64,000 nucleotides of DNA from an uncultured delta proteobacterium (GCA_963842085.1 CAWJET010000002.1:1344001-1408000), one strand, 5' to 3'; positions 51,603 to 60,940 are shown, counted from the first letter of the stretch. The notes: generated from the letters alone by a model not told the origin. Numbers and translations: made by a program.

Positions 51603-53015
51603 TCAGTCATGCCATACTTTCGAGCGGTTGCGGATGCGGTCGTTCACGTAGCCTTCCTTGTAATAGGTGTCGTAGAATTCTTCATCGACATTGTGAATCA
51701 CCGCGCCGAAGTGCGCCTGCATCGGGTTGTACGTAACCGGCCATTGGCCGAAAGTGCTGACGCAGTAATCGATGTACGCGATACAAGCCTCTTGCACCCA
51801 CTCGGGCGGTCTGGTTCTAGGATGCGCGATGACCGCCTCGGAGGTCGCCTTATTCCACGGCGATCCAACCTTGCGCAGATAGTTATCCTCGCCGCGATGG
51901 AGCACGCCACCCGCGCCGTACTTCTCGTCGTACCAGGCCTTCACCAGTTGCTCGGCATTCTTGTAGCGGGGTGATGGAACGTAGGTCGCTTCCTTAACTC
52001 CTTCGATTCCGAAAATTTTGGTCTGTCCGGTGGATATCGGGGCTTTAGGATTCGGGGCCTCGACATGGAATCCGAGCCCGCGGGTGATTTCCGGCATCGC
52101 GCCCATCAGCACGTCCGGATTGAAACCGCAGAACACCCACGAACCGAGCCCCATCGCTTCGGTCGCCAGGCGCATGTTCTGCACCATGCACCCGGTCGGG
52201 AATTGCTCGACCTGAAAAATCAGCTGCTCTTCGCCGGCGATGCTGGTGGGCAGTTCCAGCATTCCTTCCCTAATCCACTTTTCCAGTCCGGCTGGCCGGC
52301 CGCCATTCCATTCGTCGATCATGTAGTAGTGCCAGAAGTCCATGAAGTTGATCAGCGCCGAGTTGAGCCATCCAGCGTCGGTCAGGGGAAGGAACCACGT
52401 CGATCCGGGCATGTTGATGTTGAACTGATAGGGTCCCATCAGGACTGCGTTTGGAGCGCCCGGGGCACGCAGCGCGTAGTCAATATCGGGCCGCTCGTCC
52501 AGAATCTGGATCAAGCCGTCTTCATACCATTTGATGACCTTTTCGTAGTCGGCCTCAGATTTGATCTCGATCGGACCGGAACGCTCCTTGGTAGGCTTAT
52601 AGATGTAGGCTCCCGAGTCGTTAATCACGAGCAGGTCGGTGGCGTGCGAATTTCCCGGCGCGGGAGCGGTCCGGCCTGCGATCCAGGTCAGCTCGTGAAA
52701 GCCTCCGTCCACCGAAATGTCCCACGCCACCAGCCCGTTGGGTCCGCATGCGGACCAGCAGATGAGAGCTTCTTCGAGCTTGGTTAGCGGGAGCGGATCT
52801 TTTTTGGAAATGAACTTTGAGGGGCCGTCGGCCTGTTTGAGCGTGCGGCCGGTGACCGGATGCTTTATTTCGGTACCCGAGTCGATTCTGTAACCTCGTC
52901 CGACGCGACGGCTTCGGATCGTGGTAAGCAGTTTGAAAAACGTGCCCGATTGTTCAAAGGCCCACTTGAGCCTGTCTTTGTCATTCATTGCCCCAACCTC
53001 CGGGTCGATCTGCAT
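51603..53015 (-). CDS. Large nitroreductase/SagB-fold protein of unknown function (start may be ATG 52988)
   Basis: IRSRR, GRTAPAPGNSH, GCMVQNMRLATEAMGLGSWVFCGF. Confidence 0.75.
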   Translation of the reverse strand: MQIDPEVGAMNDKDRLKWAFEQSGTFFKLLTTIRSRRVGRGYRIDSGTEIKHPVTGRTLKQADGPSKFISKKDPLPLTKLEEALICWSACGPNGLVAWDISVDGGFHELTWIAGRTAPAPGNSHATDLLVINDSGAYIYKPTKERSGPIEIKSEADYEKVIKWYEDGLIQILDERPDIDYALRAPGAPNAVLMGPYQFNINMPGSTWFLPLTDAGWLNSALINFMDFWHYYMIDEWNGGRPAGLEKWIREGMLELPTSIAGEEQLIFQVEQFPTGCMVQNMRLATEAMGLGSWVFCGFNPDVLMGAMPEITRGLGFHVEAPNPKAPISTGQTKIFGIEGVKEATYVPSPRYKNAEQLVKAWYDEKYGAGGVLHRGEDNYLRKVGSPWNKATSEAVIAHPRTRPPEWVQEACIAYIDYCVSTFGQWPVTYNPMQAHFGAVIHNVDEEFYDTYYKEGYVNDRIRNRSKVWHD

Positions 53016-53047
53016 TCTGAAAATTCAGCGGCCGCGGCCGAAGTGAA

Positions 53048-53887
53048 CTACGGCGCGGCGAAACGGTACTTCCCATCCTTGAACTCGATCCATCGCCCAC
53101 GGTCCGTGACTTGACCTCCCACGTCGATTTGCGTGCGTAAAATCATGAGTTCCTCTTCCCTCGGCACTTCGAGAATCTCGAGCTTGGGGGCGATGGCGGG
53201 CTGGAAACTCATCTCTTCGAGCACCTGTTCGAGCGTGACGAAGGGCGCGATTCCTTGCAGCATGAGCTGACAATCGGGTCCGTACCCAAACATCGCCCAT
53301 GGGGTGTAGACCCGCCATGGTCCGGTCCCGGGTGGAAGGCCGTGGCGCTCGCGGGCTCCCGGACCATCGAGAAACCCCGGTGACGAGATGAAGTCGACTC
53401 GATCGACGAATTTGCGCTTTTGCTGATCGGTGACCAAGATTGTGCGCCATGCGAGCGCTGCGATACTGTCAGCGCCGCCGGGGCCCCCGAAGCGCCGTCC
53501 CTCGCCACCTTCATACTTACCGACCACCGTGGAATTGATGTTGCCGTAGCGATCGACCTGAAGAGTCGCGAGGATGCCGTAGTCGACGTAGCCGAGTTGC
53601 GCAAGATCGGCCGCGTAATTCATCGTCCCCCACTGAAGTGCGCGATAGTTGGCGCGCGAGCTGATCATCGTCATCAGGGGATCGAACGGCACCTGAGCCT
53701 CGGGCCCTACCACCCCATCCTCAGTCAGGTACTGCAGGTTGGGCGCGTTTATTCGCTTGGCGAGCAGCACCGAGTTCATCGGCTCGCCGCCACCGCCAAC
53801 CCAGTAGATGAACTTGTCGTCGACCAGGCGCGAGATCTGACAGATGACGAATTCGCGCTCATTGAAGTCGGTAGCTGGAGTGCTCAC
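53048..53887 (-). CDS. Family I CoA-transferase beta subunit (GctB-like)
   Basis: YLTEDG (catalytic Glu position), QVDRYGNIN, GPGGA, VDFISSPG. Confidence 0.9.
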   Translation of the reverse strand: MSTPATDFNEREFVICQISRLVDDKFIYWVGGGGEPMNSVLLAKRINAPNLQYLTEDGVVGPEAQVPFDPLMTMISSRANYRALQWGTMNYAADLAQLGYVDYGILATLQVDRYGNINSTVVGKYEGGEGRRFGGPGGADSIAALAWRTILVTDQQKRKFVDRVDFISSPGFLDGPGARERHGLPPGTGPWRVYTPWAMFGYGPDCQLMLQGIAPFVTLEQVLEEMSFQPAIAPKLEILEVPREEELMILRTQIDVGGQVTDRGRWIEFKDGKYRFAAP

Positions 53888-54855
53888 GATGCATAGCCCT
53901 CCCGGATGGTTTCACGCCGTCGAATCTCGGCCAGTTTTTCGGTTCCCACCACTTTCTGCAGGTACTCATCGTGCGATTGCACTGAATACACGTGTTTCTT
54001 AAGGTACTCGGTAAAATCGCCGCGATACATCGCGCCCATCGCTTCGACCACTCCCGCCGGATCCGACGCGTAGTACCCCTGCACCGTTCCCGGGTAGGCG
54101 CCGAATGGGGCATGCACGACCGCGTCCACGGTGAAGTGCGCGATCGAGGTGCGAGCCGGGTCGCGCCGGAATTCGTCCGTCGCGACGATCTCTTCGGCGG
54201 ACACGATCACTCTCTTCGACGCGAGCGCGCATTCCGCGTGCGCGATGCCGGTTCCGAAGACCCGCGCGTTACCGAACTCATCGGCCTGATGAACGTGAAT
54301 GATTGAAACATCGGGATTGAGTGCCGCGACCAGCAGAACGGGTTTTCGGCTGAACGGGTCTTCGACGATTTTGCAGCCCGAATGCTGAAATCCGTCGGTC
54401 CCGCCGAAGCTGCGCGCCGGCATGAAAGGTATCCCCATCGCGCCAGCCTTCAAGCGCAGCGTCATCAGCGCATTGGAGTACTCGTAGATGGTGCACTTCC
54501 TTTCGCGCACCGCGCGCGAGATCCACGGTCCGAAGCCAATGAACCCGATGTCGATCCGATCCGCGCATCCTGCTTCAACCAGCAGCGCGCATGCGACATA
54601 GGTGAACTTGCCGCACAGCCATAGATTCCTTTTGCGCTGGCGGACGATCTCGCGAATCAACGACGACGGCCCTCGCTGAAAGTAGTTGCAGTCGTATGCG
54701 AGGTAGTCGCCGTCGCGTACGAAGCGCTCGACCGCCTCTTGGTGAGTCATCAACTTCGAGACCATCTGATGCGGTTTACTGTCCCGCACGCTCGCCCGAT
54801 AGCCGTCGAGATCGACTTTGAAATAGTCGGCTTTACCTTCTTCCAGAATCCGCAT
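53884..54855 (-). CDS. Family I CoA-transferase alpha subunit (GctA-like)
   Basis: EAVERFVRDGD, AGAMGIPFMP, DPFS, ALNPDVSIIHVHQADEFGN, APFGAYP. Confidence 0.9.
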   Translation of the reverse strand: MRILEEGKADYFKVDLDGYRASVRDSKPHQMVSKLMTHQEAVERFVRDGDYLAYDCNYFQRGPSSLIREIVRQRKRNLWLCGKFTYVACALLVEAGCADRIDIGFIGFGPWISRAVRERKCTIYEYSNALMTLRLKAGAMGIPFMPARSFGGTDGFQHSGCKIVEDPFSRKPVLLVAALNPDVSIIHVHQADEFGNARVFGTGIAHAECALASKRVIVSAEEIVATDEFRRDPARTSIAHFTVDAVVHAPFGAYPGTVQGYYASDPAGVVEAMGAMYRGDFTEYLKKHVYSVQSHDEYLQKVVGTEKLAEIRRRETIREGYAS

Positions 54856-54899
54856 TTGCTGAATTCTCCCGAACCTTTTGGTTGCTCACGGCGCTTGGT

Positions 54900-55256
54900 T
54901 CAGACTTGGATCCCGGACTGCAACAGGATGCCGTTGTGAATCAGGAAACTTCGAATTGTGTTCCCGCGCTTGGCCCGCTCCCGGCCATCGGCGCCGCCTC
55001 CTGCCTGAAAATCGGCTATACGTTCCGCCATCGAACGCCTGCCCTTGATGCTGATCTTGGTTTCCTTGCCCTCTTTCCTGAGCAGGCAGGCAGCGACGAT
55101 CTCGTCCGGGTCGCGTTCGAGCGTGGCGCAGAACTCTCGAAGCAGTTCGAGCCTCGATTTATCCTCGTTGGGCTCCACGCCCGATTGCTCGCGCAGTCCT
55201 CGGTACCAGGTCTTGACCGAATCGTATTCTTCAAGCGGTTTATTTATCGAAGCCAT
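54900..55256 (-). CDS. Small helical protein of unknown function
   Basis: In-operon ORF; LREFC...DPDEIV...TIRSFLIHNGI. Confidence 0.75.
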   Translation of the reverse strand: MASINKPLEEYDSVKTWYRGLREQSGVEPNEDKSRLELLREFCATLERDPDEIVAACLLRKEGKETKISIKGRRSMAERIADFQAGGGADGRERAKRGNTIRSFLIHNGILLQSGIQV

Positions 55257-55311
55257 CGTTATTTTCGAGCTGCGCGTGATTCTATCGGTCGACTGTGCGC
55301 TTCGATGAAGT

Positions 55312-56100
55312 TTACTCGGGAAGACCGAACATCCGCGCGAGCGCTTTGATTTCCTCTTTTCGCCACGGCAGCGGCGCCTGCGCCTGGATCATCTTTGCCG
55401 CCTTCATCTGCTCGGTCACCTTGGGATCGCCCTTGAATGGCTTCCCGTATTCGCCCTCGAAGAAGATCTCCTCCAGCGGCGGACGCGGACGCTGTCCACC
55501 TGCTTCCCATGACTCCGCCGGATAACCGACCAGCAGCACCCATAGCGGAATCCAGTCCTTGGGCGCCTTCACGATCTTGTTGATCGCCTCGTGCTGAAAC
55601 GCCGACAGGCAGACGCCAAGTCCCTCGTCCACCGCGGCGAGCATCGCCTGGCAAATCGCGATGCCTGCGTCCGATGCGGCGGCTGCCGCCACCGATGGCT
55701 GGTTCGCGCCTTCGGCTAGCGGCTTCAGGATGTTCGGCCAGACGAATTCATCGACGAACTTGTGGCTCCATCCGTGGGTGACGTTCAACGCGCCGACGTC
55801 GACCAGCTTTTTCAGCCGCGCCTGAGCCCCCTTATACGCCCCCATATCGGCGTAGGTGTAGATGTGCACCGGTGCGAGCTCGATGTTGAGTCCGGAGACC
55901 GGAGTCTTGAGCGCGTCGAGTGTTTCGCGAGGGATATTGTCCCGGATCATGACGATCGCTTTCAGAAAGGTCGCGTTGACCGCGCATGACGCGAGCCGCG
56001 CCGCCTCCAACATGATCTGGATCTTCTCGCGTTCGACGTTCCGCCACGATTGAAAGTAACGGATCGATCGGCGCCGCCCTACTACTTCTTTGAATTCCAT
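55312..56100 (-). CDS. Nitroreductase family protein
   Basis: RRRSIRYF, EAARLASCAVN, MLAAVDEGLG, LVGYPAE; GGAGG RBS. Confidence 0.88.
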   Translation of the reverse strand: MEFKEVVGRRRSIRYFQSWRNVEREKIQIMLEAARLASCAVNATFLKAIVMIRDNIPRETLDALKTPVSGLNIELAPVHIYTYADMGAYKGAQARLKKLVDVGALNVTHGWSHKFVDEFVWPNILKPLAEGANQPSVAAAAASDAGIAICQAMLAAVDEGLGVCLSAFQHEAINKIVKAPKDWIPLWVLLVGYPAESWEAGGQRPRPPLEEIFFEGEYGKPFKGDPKVTEQMKAAKMIQAQAPLPWRKEEIKALARMFGLPE

Positions 56101-56738
56101 CGACTATTCCTCCAGCCAAGAGAACGTCGCTCTGGCAGGAGAGACCCCTGCATCAGATTCGGTTTACCCAATGTCACTCACCCGATCGCGCTGTTTGACG
56201 GAAGCTTACGCCGACCACAGTCGCGCCGACAACAGCTTCGATGATCCGGTGAGATTCAGCGCCGATGTTCGTAGAACCAAAGTATTGCGGAGTTGCGCGC
56301 CGATTGCGTTGCTGTCGGATCGTGACGGCGATTCACTTGGTGGGCGGCTTGGGCATTCAGTAGCCGACTTTGAATCATCGCCGTTGAACGGATACATGTG
56401 CACCGTCCGTCCGAAGGCGCCTCGAGCCTGCTCTCTTTCGGACGAGCATCCATTTGGGTGCTTAGGTGCTACACCGCCATCTGAAGCAGGCTGCGCTGAA
56501 CAACCAAGGCATATTAGGCTCGAGAGGCTGGGAACCTCGGACGGACAACCTGCTTTTTCGCTTTTGTAGCGCTTGCTTCGGGCACAGCGGCAACACTGAA
56601 TCTACCCTCTCGATGGAATCTCAGCCTCTCGCGGCGGTGGTGGCGGATCCGGTCGGCGGCGGTCGATCGGATCAAGTAGTGTTCCGTGATCAGCGCGCGC
56701 AAGCGGTACCGGCGGCTGACGAACGTGCGCCGAGAACC

Positions 56739-57647
56739 TCAGTCTTCCGCGTGGTCGCCCTTCATACGATGGTACGCGTTGTTGAAAACGCCGTAGGCAC
56801 CACAGCGCGCGCAGTCAACATCGTTGCCGTAGCAGCAGAAGGTTCGCTCGAAATTCCCGCCGTCGCCGATGTAAAGCGGCAGCATCGCGCACAGCCCGCA
56901 GTGCTCACCGCGTTCGCCGGTGTAATTGAGCGCGCGGTCGGACTTCATCATCTCCAGCGTTTCGACGTTGCTCTTGATCAGCGCCGGGTTCCTGCGTTTG
57001 AGCGCGATGACGCGGTCGATAACCGCGTCGCGCTCGCGCAGATCATCCCAGGCAAGTGGGCCGTGCTCTCCCTTGGAGGGAACGTGAAACGTGAATGCGA
57101 CGCCGTCGACCGGCCAGTCTTTCACTTCTTCGATGAATTCTTCGAGCCCCGGCGCGTTCTCCCTGGTGATCGTCATTTGGATGATGACGGTTGTGCCATC
57201 GCGAGGATCGCGCGCGAAGATCGCCTCTCTGACCTTGCGGAACACGCCCTCCCCGCGGATCGGATCGTTCATCCGCTCCGGTCCGTCGAGCGACACGGTG
57301 ACCAGATGGCCGGGCACCGATGGAATCCCATAGGTCCCGTTGGTCACGATCGATGAGCGCTCGAACAGTTTCATCGCCTCGAATACCAGGCGCTTGCGAA
57401 TCATGGGCTCGCCGCCCATGAACAGCATCGACTTGATGCCGTGTTTGTCGCGCAGCACGCGCAACTGGTGGAGCATGGTCGCGTCAGCCATCTTGTCGCG
57501 CGCGAGGTTGGGATTGCCGGCGCGGTAAACGAAGCAGTGGCGGCATTCCAGGTTGCAGACGTTGGTCACATTGACCAGCGCCGCGCGAAACTTGCGCCTG
57601 CCGAAGTCCGTCGGCTCGCTGAGTGCGCCGTCACGCTTGGCCGCCAT
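56739..57647 (-). CDS. Radical SAM protein with C-terminal Cys-rich domain
   Basis: CNLECRHC, GGEP, VTNG, VSLDG...RGEG.F, CGLC...CCYGNDVDCARCG. Confidence 0.9.
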   Translation of the reverse strand: MAAKRDGALSEPTDFGRRKFRAALVNVTNVCNLECRHCFVYRAGNPNLARDKMADATMLHQLRVLRDKHGIKSMLFMGGEPMIRKRLVFEAMKLFERSSIVTNGTYGIPSVPGHLVTVSLDGPERMNDPIRGEGVFRKVREAIFARDPRDGTTVIIQMTITRENAPGLEEFIEEVKDWPVDGVAFTFHVPSKGEHGPLAWDDLRERDAVIDRVIALKRRNPALIKSNVETLEMMKSDRALNYTGERGEHCGLCAMLPLYIGDGGNFERTFCCYGNDVDCARCGAYGVFNNAYHRMKGDHAED

Positions 57648-57906
57648 AACTTCCACCTTACCACGGCCCTCGCGGACTGTGCGAATTCTCCGCCCTACCT
57701 CGCAGGGAGGTGCCAACCGGCGTCAGTGGCTGCGGATAGCAACGCGCTGCACATGGGAACCTGTGCATGTTCGCTCTGGACCTTCGAACCCCGCGACCGG
57801 CGCGGGATGTCGCGATAGATCAGGTAGCGCGCCTCGCCGTGCTCGGAGCAGGCGCGTTGATGCCGCCGGCGCGGCCTCGCGCACGCGTCTCATTGCCGGG
57901 TAACTC

Positions 57907-58757
57907 TCAGCCGGCTGAGAAACGCGCCGGTGAGAGGGCGCGCGGATCGAAAATGCTGGTGCTTCCGCGTGCGATGAGATCTGCCGCGATTTGCCCTAGT
58001 GCAGGGCTGCTCTCGATTCCGAAACCTTGCTGTCCGGCGAGCCAGAAGAAACCACGCACAAGCGGATCCTCGCCGACCACCGGAACCGAGTCGGGGGAAA
58101 ACGTGCGCAGCCCGGACCATTTGCGTTTTAGCGAGCGCGGAACCAAGCGCGGCGCCAATCTGCGAAGCCGCTCGATCGCGCCCGCGATTACCACATCGTC
58201 GGGTTGCGCATCGCACGGGCGCATGGGTTCCTGGTCCATCGGGCTCAGTAACAGACCTCCCGACTCCGGCGCGAAATAGAGTTGATCCAGCTCGCTGATC
58301 ACGAACGGCCATCTACTGACGTCGATCGGCTCGGGCGGCTCGAACGTGACAATAGTCCGGCGGCGTGGCTCGAGCGCGATTGGCGCAGCGCCCGCCAACC
58401 TCGCGATCTCGCCGGCCCATGCTCCCGCCGCATCGACCACCCAACGCGCGCGGACTTCGCCGGAATTGGTAATGACGCCACGGCATCGGCCAGCCTCGAT
58501 AATCACGCCGCGAACTTCGCAGTTCGTGCGTAGCTGCGCGGCGCGACGCCGCGGGTGGCGCAGGTAGCTCGACAACAACTCATGAACATCGATGCGCCCA
58601 TCCTCGGTGAGAAGAATCGCGCGTTCCGACTCCTCCAGTTCCAGAACCGGAACGCGGGCGACGGCCTGTGCGCGCGAAAGCACCTCGAAGGAGACGCCAT
58701 CGGTGCCGAGACGGGCGATCACTCCGGGTAACTCATGCGGCATCGAATCGCGGAACA
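57907..58757 (-). pseudogene. FAD-dependent (DAO/glycine oxidase-like) oxidoreductase lacking its N-terminal GxGxxG
   Basis: VDAAGAWAG, WSGLRTFSPD..PVVG, WLAGQQGFGIESSPALG; ORF-track N-terminus is antisense MFS sequence. Confidence 0.8.
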
Positions 58758-58779
58758 GTTCGCCGCCGCTATCATCGCC

Positions 58780-59598
58780 GCGGCAAACAAGGCGATCGCC
58801 TTCGGAGGATGGCGGGTCGGCTATGTCGCGATCGCGCTGCCGATGCTGGTGGTCGTGGCGCCGCTGGTGCTGTTCGTGGTGCGCAGTCATCCCTTGGAGG
58901 CCAGCGACTCACCGGAGCAGGCTCGCACCCGCCCCGGGCCGGTCGTGGTGCCCGGAGTTGAATTGACCGAAGCGTTCCGGACGCGTTCATTCTGGCTGAT
59001 AGCGATTGCCGAGTTCTTCTATGCCTGCGCTATCGGCGGGATTCTGGTCCATCTGGTCGTCTATCTGATCGGAACGGGTTACACGGCCACCCTTTCCGCC
59101 AGCAGCCTCAGCATGATCTATCTGATGTCGACCGTGGGGAAACTTTCGCTGGGGCCCTCTGCGGATCGGCTCAGTCCTCGGATCGTGCTCTCGCTCGTCT
59201 TCCTCGGAGCGGCGGTCGGCACCACACTCCTGCTCGCGGCGGGGAGCGGCCTGATGCTGGCGGGATTCATCGTGCTGGTAGAGATCGCAGCTGGCACGCC
59301 TCTGGTGCTGCTGCCGCTCGTGTTCATCCAGTCACTGGGGCTGAAGCGTCTGGGATCGGTGCAAGGCGCCGCGGGAATCCTCGCCACTCTCGGCGCCGCC
59401 ATCGGCCCTGTGGCGGCCGGACGGATCTTCGACGTGAGCGGCAGCTACGCGGTTGCCTTCTGCGTGTTCGCGGCGATGTGGCTCGGAGCGGCGCTTGCGA
59501 TATACGCGTGAATTCCGCTCGAGGAAGAGATCGCGCGACTACGTCCGGTCCTCTCGCGACGGAGCATCACCGCAGCCACGGAGGATCAACCCAGATGA
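58780..59598 (+). pseudogene. MFS transporter copy 3 (5' truncated, TGA at 59509-59511 in place of Cys codon)
   Basis: Near-identical to C-terminal two thirds of copies 1 and 2. Confidence 0.88.
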
Positions 59599-59799
59599 AT
59601 GATGCAGACCCTCAATCAAATCTGTTGGGCTTTGAAGACCCACGTTCAGCCGCCACTCTCGGCACTACGCGGTGCAAGTTGCGCGAACGGCAGCACCCCG
59701 GTCTTACGCCGTGGTTTATAGAAGTGGTCCTCGGTTGCGCGGCGGATTATAAACTCCCGCCCCGTTATCTCTGCTTGGTGAGGAGACGAACGCGCAAGG

Positions 59800-60007
59800 A
59801 CTGCGAGAATACCTGGTGGTGTATGGCAACGCCCAGGTGACCGAAGGCGGTGCGGTGGATCTTTTACATCGCCTGGAGCCAATTTACCTTGGGCCGAAGG
59901 CGGACTTTCCACCGGCAGTCATGCGGAACATTCCGGGTTATGTCACCCGAATTGCGCCAGCACGATTCGCCGGGATCGGACCGTGGACCGCACGACCTGC
60001 TGAGTAA
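59800..60007 (+). pseudogene. PPOX-class F420-dependent oxidoreductase C-terminal remnant
   Basis: YLVVYGNAQVTEGGA..LL.RL...YLGP...FPP.....PGYVTRI.P.R..GIGPW. Confidence 0.7.
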
Positions 60008-60113
60008 GCGATGCTCGAAGGTCCCTCCTCAACAGCCCGCTACAGTCCCATGATCCAATACCGGAGGCGGACGTGCGTTTTTGTGAACCCAGGGTGCGTG
60101 TGCCGGTGCAATT

Positions 60114-60242
60114 TCTAGCAGGTTGCGGAAAAACTCAATGAAAGACGATTTCGGCGAAGAGTAAGCATTACTACGATCACGAGAATGCGTCTTGGATCAA
60201 TGTCATCAGGAGTCAAAAACCCTTTTTCCGCAACCTGCTAGA
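60114..60242. mobile_element. MITE-like element with perfect 20-bp terminal inverted repeats
   Basis: TCTAGCAGGTTGCGGAAAAA (60114-60133) / TTTTTCCGCAACCTGCTAGA (60223-60242); CTAG at both ends may be the target duplication. Confidence 0.8.
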
Positions 60243-60251
60243 GATCACAAA

Positions 60252-60350
60252 AGGGAGGATATCTCAGACACGCAAGTTTGAGGCTGTTCGCCTAGACCGG
60301 GAGAATGGTAGCCAGAATGAAGCCGCGCCATGCCGCCGCACTCGCGCTTG
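60252..60350 (+). repeat. ~96-bp upstream + signal-peptide module, copy 2
   Basis: Aligns with revcomp of 22610-22705. Confidence 0.85.
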
Positions 60351-60619
60351 TGGGCTGGTATCTGATGGTGCCGCCCGCGATACCCGACACTCATGAGGTA
60401 AGCAAAAGCGCACCACTCGCCCAATGGACAATCAGACGCACCTTTCGTCGTGATGTCGGATGTCAGAACGCGAAGTATCGCCTTCGGACGCGAGCTTTAG
60501 CTGCTCACGCGAACAGAGATACGATCGGGAGGCGCGGCCAACGAAATCCCGACCTCTTCTGCATCCTGTGTAATCCAGCATGTGTGTCAACCGACGATCC
60601 CAGCCTCAACGAGAAATAG
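60317..60619 (+). CDS. Small secreted Cys-containing protein (MKPRHAAALALVGWYLMVPP type)
   Basis: Signal-like N-terminus, APLAQW, CVSTDDPSL end. Confidence 0.75.
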   Translation: MKPRHAAALALVGWYLMVPPAIPDTHEVSKSAPLAQWTIRRTFRRDVGCQNAKYRLRTRALAAHANRDTIGRRGQRNPDLFCILCNPACVSTDDPSLNEK

Positions 60620-60721
60620 AGTTAACCCCACCGCGCTCCTGCGCTCGCGCTTGTGGGTGCGTGAAATGCGACAGTATAGATTGGATAACTACGAGCCTGA
60701 CTTACTGCATCGACCGACGAA

Positions 60722-60940
60722 TCACGGCGCCGAGGGCGGCGGCATCGGCGTCGCGATCGGCGATGGAGTAGCGCTGGCGCCAGCAGCGGGACCGCAGTCC
60801 TCGGTGCTGAACCAGATTATCGCGAGGCCGTAACTGGTCTTCTGACATCCAGTCTCAAGGTCGGGTCTCGAATAAATCCAGCATCCGGCCAGCGCGGTCG
60901 AGAGCAGCGCGACGATCGTCGTCGAGAGGATCGCTTTCAT
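60722..60940 (-). CDS. Small lipoprotein
   Basis: MKAILSTTIVALLSTALAGC lipobox, Pro-rich tail. Confidence 0.65.
   Translation of the reverse strand: MKAILSTTIVALLSTALAGCWIYSRPDLETGCQKTSYGLAIIWFSTEDCGPAAGASATPSPIATPMPPPSAP

Noticed and set aside
56243-56270. GATCCGGTGAGATTCAGCGCCGA resembles part of an FMN riboswitch
   Set aside because: Wrong strand for the downstream operon, and the other conserved FMN elements are missing
51603-57647. Possible RiPP cluster (SagB-like oxidase plus radical SAM)
   Set aside because: No YcaO, RRE domain, peptidase or credible precursor peptide seen
57907-58890. His-rich N-terminus (MTAHHEQHQRRH) on the DAO-like ORF
   Set aside because: It is the antisense reading of MFS copy 3, not a real domain
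59509-59511. In-frame TGA at a Cys codon as possible selenocysteine
   Set aside because: Lies in a 5'-truncated duplicate; a simple TGT-to-TGA nonsense change is more parsimonious
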